NCBI GenBank assembly: GCA_030248215.1
Contig: JASANG010002092.1
Coordinates: 558,001 to 622,000 of the forward strand
Reading direction: 5' to 3'
DNA length: 64,000 nt
Source of the DNA: Enoplolaimus lenunculus
Lineage: Eukaryota
Part shown: positions 1 to 11,300 of the stretch, in pieces
Layout: each line of letters starts with the position of its first letter
How positions within the stretch are numbered: position 1 is the stretch's first letter
Made by a program: the position numbers and the translations under genes
Notes under the pieces: generated by a model
Database searches by the model: none
What the model saw: only the letters and a program-made list of their open reading frames with translations
What the model was told of the DNA's origin: nothing

Positions 1-170
1 TACTTAATTACTTAAGTGGGTGACTTAAGTAATTACTTAAGTGTAACTTAAGAAATTACTTAATTACTTAAGTGGGTGACTTAAGTAATTACTTAAGTGT
101 AACTTAAGAAATTACTTAAGTATAACTTAAGTAATTACTTAAGTATAACTTAAGTAAATACTTAAGTAAG
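1..170. repeat. AT-rich palindromic minisatellite (ACTTAAGT-based)
   Basis: Repeated acttaagtaattacttaagt (perfect 20-bp palindrome) and variants; truncated by the window start. Confidence 0.9.
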
Positions 171-405
171 ATTTCAGAAACCCAGCCAATGATTACTTAG
201 AGCCGGACGAACGCTTCTCAATGTAATGTGGCAATAATTGAAAGTTATAAATGCTGGTTATAGCACCAAATGAATTGGTGAAAATACGACTCCCATTCTT
301 TTCCCCTCAAAAGGCACAAGTTTAGGTTTAGGTGAAGGATTATCCATGCCTAAGCCCAAGTGTTGACCTTAAAATAAGCAGGGTCTGAGAGCCAAAAACA
401 CTAAC

Positions 406-616
406 CTGCTGATTACGTTTCCAGCCAATCCAGGGGTCATGCGGCCATGAATCAACGCTGGTGGCAATGCACTAGATGATGATTGTGATGACAGTTGCGG
501 AAGACCAGTTAGCGCAGCTGTTGCACTTGGAAGTCGTCCAGGAGCACCATGTGATCCAGCGACGCCTTGCATGACTGGTGAACCGCCTGTTGTAATCTGG
601 TGTGTCAGAGAATTAT

Positions 617-679
<63 letters not shown>

Positions 680-696
680 GCTGCTGCTGCTGCTGC

Positions 697-730
<34 letters not shown>

Positions 731-735
731 GCTGC

Positions 736-820
<85 letters not shown>

Positions 821-834
821 GCTGCTGTTGTTGC

Positions 835-865
<31 letters not shown>

Positions 866-1319
866 GCTGTTGTTGTTGTTGCTGCTGCTGTTGCTGTTGT
901 TGTGGTGACGGCTGCTGCTGTTGCTGCTGTTGTGATGGCGGCTGCTGCTGCTGCTGTTGTGATGGCGGCTGCTGCTGCTGTTGTGATGGCTTCTGCTGCT
1001 GCTGCTGTTGTTGTGATGGCTGCTGCTGCTGTTGTTGTGATGGCTGCTGCTGCTGTTGACTCTCTGTTCCAGGCGTTGTCGTCGAAACAGCAGGTGTTCC
1101 GGAAACTGTTAACTGCATTCCTTTGTGATCATGGGCTGAGAATGCTGCAGAAACAACAGGAGTTCCATGCGTTAGCGCAGATACACCAACACTAGTGCTT
1201 CCACTGCCCACAGGTATCGAACCTGTTGTAGTGTTCAATTGTGACTGTTGCTGTTGCTGCTGTTGTTGTGGTTGTTGCTGTTGTTGATGATGATGTTCTT
1301 GCGGTTGTTGTTCTTGTGG

Positions 1320-1378
<59 letters not shown>

Positions 1379-1581
1379 GCTGCTGCTGCTGTTGTTCTTG
1401 TGACTGCTGGTGTAGTTGCTGTTGCTGTTGCGGTGCAGTTGAAGTTGACGTTGCGGAATTAACAGCATGTGGCAACAATGTTTCTTTTAATTTTTGATCC
1501 AACTCTGTTAAGTTAACTGCTGGCGGTATGTGCGGTTTCTGTTGCCTGGGTTGGCGCTGTTGTTGTTGTTGTTGCTGTTGC

Positions 1582-1642
<61 letters not shown>

Positions 1643-1650
1643 GCTGTTGC

Positions 1651-1681
<31 letters not shown>

Positions 1682-2375
1682 CTTGTTGTTGTTGTTGTTG
1701 TTGTTCTTGTTGTTGTTGTTGTTGTTGTTGTTGCTGCTGCTGCTGCTGCTGTTGCTGTTGTTGTTGTTTCTGTTGTTGTTGTTGTTGTTGTTGTTGGTGG
1801 TGGTGGTGTTGTTGCTGCTGATGCTGTGATAGAACTACCGTCGCCGGAGCTGGTTGAGGAACCAAACTACCACTTGATGGCGGCAGTGGTGGTGGTTGTG
1901 AAATGTTTGTTCCATGCGGGGCTATTACAGATCGTGGTGTTGGCAAATGTCGCACTGGATCTGGAGTTGCGGTAGCAGCAGCTGGCACATTACCAATATC
2001 TGTTGTTCCAACTGCAGGCAGTATATTGGCGGCGATGCCGCTGCTAACGCAGGATAATACAGGAGGAGTGCTTCCAGACATGGCTGCTGGACTTGGCGAG
2101 CGAACAGAAGCCCCAGCGGAGACAACCTTACCGTGTAGCTGTCTGCTAGTACTTTGACTATCTGTGTCATTACCTGGACGCTCCCCTGACGGGGGCTGAA
2201 CTACAAGACGTAAGTGTTGCTCTTCAGAGTCAGAATCAGTAGCCGCTTCTGGGGTTCGTCTCAGCTTTTCTGACGAGCTACTAGCAACTGATGAATTTGT
2301 TGGATCTGCCACAACTTTTGTTTCAGGAGTTGGAACCATCATTGCCAGCGGATGGACTTCGAATCGGCTGATTTT
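406..2375 (-). CDS. wnk-1: WNK large polyglutamine exon beginning with RFxV motif
   Basis: ttgtag|AAA ATC AGC CGA TTC GAA GTC (KISRFEV); 1970 nt open; AG|gttagt donor; phase 0-2. Confidence 0.88.
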
Positions 2376-5300
2376 CTACAAAATAAACAAAAAATTTACG
2401 TACTTATTTAGTTGAAAATGACAGGGCTTAAATAGCAGCAATATACAAGGGAACGGCAACTGACGCAATAAGCTATATACGGCACCTGTGCTTAGTACAG
2501 CAACGCTATACTCGGCCATCTCTATTGGTGCAACGGGCGTAATAAGAAGTTTCTGCTGCTAACAAAACGAGAAAAAATTGTTAAGTGTCACCACGTAATG
2601 TAGTGAGTAAACCATTTCTATTCCAATCAAACGTAAATCGGAGCTTTTAGATGGTGTATAAATCTGAATGAATTTATAGCATCTGTTTCTATGACAAACA
2701 CAGTGCAATTAAGGCCTAGTGCTCCACGTGTAAGTTTACAAGTAAACTGATCCCATTAAAATTCAAACATCACACATAATTACCCTTGGCGCAGCAGCTG
2801 GTGTAATATCGCTAGTACACGTAGTTGCAGTATGAGACAGTCCTGATTGCTTGGTATGCTGGTTGTTTGATGTAACCGGGCCCGTTCCACTACGTGGCGA
2901 AATCAGTTCGTCATGATTACCGGCGGATATTCCCAGGTCCTTCTTAGTGTCCCCGGTGCTATCGGTGCGAGGTGTCGGTCCCACACTATCTGATATTAAC
3001 TCCATATCTGGTGAAACGCATGCTAATGTGGAACGTTGTTTTGAAGCGACATCAGTGCCAGCCGTGACGACAATATCGTGGCAAGTGCTGTCACTACTAT
3101 GTCCACTTGTGATTGGATGCTGCGACAAGGAAGCCGGAGGGTATGAAGAAGTTTGTAGCTGGTGACGAAAATATCCGTTTTGTTGCTGGTCTACGCTCCC
3201 GCTGGTTGAACCGCCCCCTGCAACGGATGGGGAATTGCTTTGGCTTTGCACTGCCGACGACGTACTGCTACCACCGCCAGCAGGGACACTTCGTCCGCGT
3301 TGCTCTGATTCACTGCCACATTTGACCTGAAACGTTTTATCAAAAAATTGTCATACAAACTCTGAAAACGCCATTCAGTAGTCGAATTTCAAGTAAAGTT
3401 TTGCTATATGTTAGCAAAAATGGACACTATACCTAAAGACATTAATACTCCCGTATACTGCGAAATCTGTTTCGCCCCTCAAAAAAGAAGTGGGCCAAGA
3501 TCGGCATGGATCAAAACCGCAGCATGCATGTTAAAATAAAACTAAGTGAACGGAATTTCCGATGCAAAGATCGTGCAGAAAATTATTTTCGTGTGCAAAA
3601 ACGAATATATAGAGTTTACAGTCTCAAACTTGAACAAAGAAAATGCTCAAACATAAAACCTCACGGCCACGGTATCTATTTATTTGTCTACACAAAAACT
3701 CCCCTCGAGCAAAATAACTGGATTAATAAAACAGGCTGAGGCTCATTCTCTTGTTTAGGGTTACGTCTAAGCTTATGTTTAGCATAAGCCTCCAAGCCTA
3801 AGCTCAGTTTTGAAAAACTAACAATAATATGAGGGAAACTTCCGCCTTCTATCAACTTAAATACCTACCTCGCTGCTTGGATGTACGCTGGTATGAGTCG
3901 ACCGCTGTGAAGAAGGTTCGGAAGACGCTACATTAACACCAGGACTTCCCAGGCCTGCTGTGGTGGTTCCGTTCGGCGCCACAAGAGCACTTGAACCAGC
4001 GTTCGTCGCCGCAGTCGGCAGTTGAACTGAACTAACTTCGCTGTCTAAAAGAACCATTCCAATTGCTGCTTGTGGATCTTTTCGTGCTTCTTCAATGACA
4101 ACCCCGAGTTGTTCAATGCATACGCCAGCTTGTTTCTCGGGTAATAATTCTTGTTTTATCTGCAAACACAAAAAATCAACAATGTAAAATTTCTATTCGG
4201 CTTGTTAACATCATGATGTGAATAAACTCTGGAGAGTTCGTCCAAATCAGGATGCAACCTGACAGAATAATAGAAATTGGATTTTACTGAAATACAAAAT
4301 AAATTTATATATTTATTTGCATGCCGTTCTACAGTCACGTCCTATGTACAAAAACGAAGCATGAAGATGGCATGCTAATTTCACGTGTTAGTTTGCACAA
4401 ACTTAAGTTTAAAGCTATTCACATACCCGTTAGTTCTTGCTTAAACACGGAGCAATAACAATAGTTGATTTACATATTTCACTTATTCTATTCCAGTAAT
4501 CGACAATAAACCCAGTGTCTCACTAGAGTATCTGCAATTTGTTCCGGACGGTCTGAATCCACAGCGAATTTGAAAGTGATATTTTTCTTTGACGTGTCCA
4601 GTTGACATTCGACGACCTACAAACAAAATTGTTGAAATATACAACGCTGTTCTTTAGGTTAAAATGAAAATGACAACGAATTCAATTGGCAACCACTTGT
4701 AATCCCAAACACGCTATGGTGAACCAACCTACAATTGCGTTGTCAGGATTTCAACACTTATTTGACTGTTGCGTTGCCAAGAGATAAATTAACAAGCAAG
4801 CAAGTATACACTCATTCTTAAATCTAACTAACAAATGTAGCACAAATGTAGTGATGCAGCGCTACAAAGAAAGCATCTAAGCATCTGGGTGATCGTGGGG
4901 TTGTTATAAAATGAAAAGTTCGACCGCAAGCGTAGCACTACTGAAGACACACTCGATCGTGCTTCACCGAAAATGTACGGTACAGAACAATTACGAAAGG
5001 GAAGCATTGAAGCAGATACAACACAAAGATAGGATAGACAACAACGATCCAGAAATGCATATTTAACTTTGCCGTCTTTGCAAATATTTAACAATATTCG
5101 GCAAAGGAGCTTGAAGCATGCTGAACTAAGTTCAAACAACTTGTATTGGGTTAAAACACAAACAAACACAGGTTATATCTCAACAATGTCTAAAAAATAT
5201 TGATTCAGCGGTTTTTGAATACTACCTACCGGACCTAATATTCTAGTAAGTTAGCGGCAGTGATGGAACAAATTTGCAAACTTTGCTCGTAAAAATCACG

Positions 5301-8300
5301 ATAGAAGCATGTTTTTGCTACCAGCAGTCCCCAAAATACAACTTCGTGAATATGTATTCGGATGGAACCGACTAAATAAAATACAGAACATAAAACTATA
5401 CATAGGTAGGTATACAAAAAACACAACAGACAATGTATGTAATGCATGTTCTTGGGGTAATTTACATGATTAAGCAACGCATCACTAATAATCATACGAT
5501 AGCGCTTTTGTACGATTTATGAGCATCGAAATTTTAGTTTTTGTGATACCGGTATAAAAATGGGTCTTTTCCGTTGTCCCCTCCCCAGCCCACGTTTACC
5601 CAAAAATGGTTCGATTTGAAATCTTTTGCATATTTAAACTTCTCATGACCTCCCCTGCTAATTCCACGTCTTAAATTTCAATTTTAGAAAAATCCGATTT
5701 GTAACGTCCCAGGGTTCCCTATGGGACCCAAAATTTTTTTGTCAAAAGCTTTGACAAATTATATACCATTCGATGCAGCTTACGGAGCTGAGTCCAATGG
5801 TCAGGGATGGCGGTCTCAGTCAAAAAGCGACACCAAGACTGAGACTTTAGGTCTCGGTCTCGGTCAATTTTTAACCGTTAATGAAAATAAAAATAAGTTA
5901 ACTTTTGAATATTTTTATCTGCTTTGAATTGCTGCTTCATACAACTAAACTTAAATCGCCCACCGAGACTGAAAAAGCGAGACCGAGACCAGCCAAATCC
6001 CGAGACTTGCCGAGACCGAGACCGCCCATCCCTGCCAATGGTGTTAAATATTCTGCAATCAAACGATTCATTCGCTAACCAATCGTCTGGTTGCAAAAAA
6101 TTTAACACCATTCGACTCAGCGTCGCCAGCTGCATCCAATGATGTATAATTTGTCAAACTTTTTGACAAATATTTTTTGGGTCCCATGGGTGAACCTTGA
6201 GACCTTAAAGAAGAGAATTTTTCAAAAATTCAAATTTGGGCGTGAAATTATCAGGGGATGTCATGAGAAGCTCAAATATGCAAAAAAAAATTCAAAATAG
6301 AACCATATGCAGCCAAGAAGCAATATATTACAGCAAAATACGTAGAACAACATAAAACATTCGATAACATACGTGATAAACGAGGCTAATCCGTATTTAT
6401 TGTAACGGTGGCACGATATTTCTTATTTTTTTTGAAAGCCTTCCGTCGCCGTCAATCACCGTCCGTACGTCACCATTGGGTGTATCTTACGCGAACTGCT
6501 CACGTACCATACAGCACGGTGATGGATGGCGTCGCACAATCATATCGCCATACAAAGCTGGCACTATGCTTGTCCTGCGAAGTGTGGAACTGGTTTGCGG
6601 CGCAGTACGGCAATTGGCATACAGCATTGCGCTAACTTTATGCTGTTACGTATATTACGCGCACCGGAATTTGCAAAATGTAATTTACTGCTCAAAACTA
6701 CTGATACACTATAACCAAGGTATAACTGCCAGCCTATCTCTAGACTCCGACTCTGACCAAAATCGACCTCCGGCTCCGGTATATTCATCAGTCAATATGT
6801 AATAACAGAAGTAGTAGTTTTCAGCGAGTTCATTTCCAACTTTTGGGATAATTTTAAAAGCTTTAATTCTACACAACATTTCTTCAAATGAAGCTTTGCT
6901 TATGAGCTATTTTTGACAATGCTTTGGAAGTCATGATAAAATTTTGTAATTCAATATTTTATGACCTCATTTTACTTAGCCTCCGACTTTACATAAATTT
7001 GTTGACATTCAACTCCAGCTGTAGCTCGGGCTTTTTCACCTCCGGTTGGTTGTGCTTTAACATAAAATAACCAACAGCAACACTATCAGATCAACTCACG
7101 GCTTCGGGAGATGTACGTTGCATTTACCTCGAAGTCAACGAGTACAAAACTTTCCACGTGTCAAAACGAAGTGGTTTTTGGTTTTCCAGACTGATTGACA
7201 TCACGGTAGAAGCGCGGCAGCATCGGGTGGGTTGAACGGATTTGGTCGCCCCATGGAACACGCCGCTTCACAAGGTGAAAAATCACAAGATGAATTTCTC
7301 TCGATTTTGAAACTTTTACCTCAAAAGCTGAAATGTTTTTCAACAGATTGGCCATCTAAAAACTTCACAATACATCGGACTTTTCTGGTTCGCCACAAGC
7401 TAATAACTCTACTGAATATGTAAATAAACGTTGCGCGAAAATACATTAACTTTAACTGTACAATATAAAAATATGGAAATCAACATAAGCACCCAGCCCA
7501 AATTCTGTTAATTATATCGTTACGAAACGAAGTTTTTGGCGTACAGGACTGGCACGTTTTTTCGTGGGGCCGCATAAATCTATATGGGTGCTGCAGATTT
7601 AAAAAAATGGGTCGTGGGGTGGAGCAAGTCGACTGCAAACCTAGCATTGCCATTTGTGTGCCAAAGTGTCTATGCCCACACAAAGCAGCCATTGTTAGTT
7701 CAAATTCAAACGTTACAACTTAACACCAAAACACTAAACCAGTACGCTCCTAATACCCAATAATTACTATATAATTAGCGGTTATGACAAACATTGATTT
7801 AGAGGTAATCACGATACTAAGGGCATTTACAAGGTCAGAGGTGCAATATTCTTAACATTCTTGCAGCTCGTTTTTACCGTTACATGTTAACTGAAATAGA
7901 AAAACAACTCTTGTACACTTTCCCACACATAACTAAATTCTATACATTACATGCCAAAATCTGAAAGTTTCGAGAACTATGAAGGACTAGTGGACGGGGA
8001 AGTATGAAAGAACCCGAAAAACTAGTGCAACTAATCGCGCTAGGGTGTTGCGAGCCCTTAGCACTTTTCAATACGTTGGGTTGGTATTTTTGCATTGGTG
8101 CTGCCAATTGTGAACTAACCGAAAAACATGTTTTCGAACAATCTTAAAACGATTTTGACCGCAACGAACTGGAATCTGGTATTTAAAATAAGCATTGTCA
8201 TAGCAAACATGCAAACTTTTCGTTTTCCACACACACAGACCTGAATTTTCAACCATAGAAATAAATAATGTCTCGACGGCATTAATAGTATAAAACACTG

Positions 8301-11300
8301 CAATACATAGTTGCTAAACGCAAGCGCATCCAAGAAACACATCACAAAACAGGCTACTACGCTACATCAAACAGAACGGAAACGCGAGAGCTTTCAATAC
8401 ACTGACCATATTTGCTCTACTTTCTTCGTGTTGGCGGCAGCTTCCGTATGGCCAAGCGGAATGGCTCCCGACCTGTTCGGCCAGAGGACCTCCTGGATGT
8501 GGTCCACCAGCAACACCTTGGCCGCCGCCGTACGCAACTATGGTGTCCAAGTCGCTTAGACTTCGTGCGTTTTTGTGCGATAACAATAACGGCAGCGAAG
8601 CGTTAAACGGGGTCGGTGGCAAACCAGCAATCTTAACAATGCACAATTATATAAAAAATAATGGCAATTACTGTTAATACTATTTTGGTTGGCGAATGCA
8701 ATAGAGTGCCAAAGAACCTACTTTGTAAAGTCTATCTTGGACTTTCGCAATCACCAAAATGAGCTAAGCTGGCATGGGCCCATAGCCAGATGGGGTGGTC
8801 TAAGGGCAGCAAAGCTGCAAACAAATTTTAATCGGCTCCTCTAAAGAAGTTGTTTTTAACCTCGCTTGTAAATCAACTGAAATCTTTGCATGACCGTCCT
8901 AAACATTTTAGCACCCCCACCCGCATGTGACCTGGCTGCATCCTGAACCAGCAACACAAATGAATTTGTAGTGTGTGCAGTTCTGTTATTTTTGTTGATC
9001 CATGTTGGCGAACCATTTTGCGGACACAAGCCTTTAGATAGATAGACGTACAAACGTAAAAATGATATATACTACAGAGTTGCAAAAGTTCATAAAATCA
9101 TTCAATAATAAAATATACAAAGATAATATATATACACTGGATAGGACTCCTTGTATTTTTAAAAACGAATGTTCTCTAAGCCTTTTTAGAACATTAATGA
9201 TTTGTATATAATGAACCCTTTAAGGCATTTTTGAAGTGGACACGGCTCAAAAGATGAGTTCATGTTACCTTCCTCTAACAAACATTTTGGCAGAGACAAC
9301 CGCTCAAACTGCCATCATCAATGACTGTCCTAGGCTCCGGTAGTTTCGCTGTACCTTCTTTAGTATTTGAATTTATCCAAAGCTATAACTTGAGGACACA
9401 GACCATGTTCTAAGAAAACCAATAAATCAACCCTACTAAACCTGATCAGCAAAACAGTATTTAGTCATTTAACATAACCTGATACGCTGTGTTTTTTGAC
9501 ATGCATTCGAAAATATTCAGCGAACGATAAACCTTTCTTTAGATATTAAAATTGCCAATTCATAAAGTTGAAATTTTGTACGTTTAGTAGTAAAACTCAA
9601 TGAACGGTACATTGTCTCAAGTAAGATGGAAACATGCGTGACTAATATTCAACTAACTTTTGCTAAAAGCAGGATGCAACCGCAACTATAAAATGCCGGA
9701 ACCGGAAAGTTAAAAAATACCGGAACCGGAAAACAAAAAATACTTGTTACCGAAAAATTTATTTTTAATGCTATTTTATCGCTTTTAATGATGTAAACAC
9801 AAAAATCCTGAAACAAATGCAGTAGGTGGAAACATATGATAAATTACGGAGTATGGCACAAATTAAAAATTTTGCAAATACACACTCAGACGTTTCAGAA
9901 AAATAAGTTAGAATAATATGCCAATGTTTTAAATTTTCGAATGAGAAAAATTTTCTATACCGAAAATACCGGAAAATTCCGGTGCAAAAATGGGTTTATC
10001 CTGGCTAGAAGGTATGAAAATGCGACCGGATATACGGCTTCAGTAAAAAGCCCATATCCGATTCCTTTCAATACTTATACATTTCGTTCCTGTATTCGGT
10101 AAATGCAAATATCTAGAGATAAATGGCATGCATTTTATACAAGCATTATATGGCGACATATTTGCCCAAGGTCGAAGTAGGACTGGAACCTAAATATCGT
10201 ACTGTATTCTAGCAACATCGATTAATTCGGAAAAATGTTTATAACTTAAGTCAAAACTGTGTAACCCAGCCGTTATTTACAGAATTCCTGAACGTTTCAA
10301 ATAGGAATTCACCCAAAAAGTCTAAATCCGTTAAACTACTTTTTAAGTTACATTTATTAAGTAAAAGCACTTTCTGTCCTATTACGAATAATTTTAGAAT
10401 AATAACGGCTAAACGCATATCAACCAAATTAATAACCTTATGTTCGTTGTTTGATTTAATCGAACCACAGTTCAAATGTTTTCAATAAAATCATCTGCTT
10501 AAAACGTTATTCTAAAAGAGTACACATATTGTTGCTCTCAGCAATGTTTCACAAGAATTAATAGTTATGACAATTTCAGACAATACTGTTCCTTCACGCT
10601 TTTTACGTTACATCAAACAACAGTGCTTGTCTAGTTACTATACATTTAATACAAATATGAAACGTATCCCATGTTGTTTAAATCCTTGACAGATCTTTTC
10701 AAGTACTAATAATACTTCTAAAACCAAAAATGCAACCAATTATATCAAGTATACACCCATTTAGAAGGGTGCAAAGCGGAATTGATTTACAACGGAATCG
10801 GACCTTATTTTTGTTTTCCGCCTCCGGTTCAGGTGTTTTTAACCTTCCGGTTCCGGTATTTTATAGCTTCGGTTACACGTCGATTATATATACGTATACC
10901 TGCAATTATTGCAATTGGAAATGGATTTGAATTGGAATTCTAACAGGACTCGGAATTTCGGTTGCACTATGCTATTTAGTGTGAAAAAGTTTTACATTTT
11001 GTTGATAAATACGAAGTTATATAATAACCGTCTATGGCTCGAGATTATAGAATGCGGGGTCGCACCCTAAAAAGTTTTTCCATAGGCGAGAAATATTTGG
11101 TATTTTCACTTTCTTACCACTGTATATGTATTGTCATTAATTTTACAGGCTTAAATTCGCGTAAAACCATAACTCAAACTAGTGACAGTGGCAATGCTGC
11201 ACATGCACGCAAGCTTATCATAAAAGATGCGCATAGCACGTGCAGAAAACGTAATTTCGGATTTTGTGTCTCTTAAAATTTGCCACAATGTTTTTAATAT

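Noticed and set aside
571..1829. Plus-strand poly-Cys, poly-Leu and poly-Val ORFs and the minus-strand poly-Asn ORF
   Set aside because: They are alternative-frame shadows of the CAA/CAG repeats; only the polyQ frame joins the WNK exon chain.
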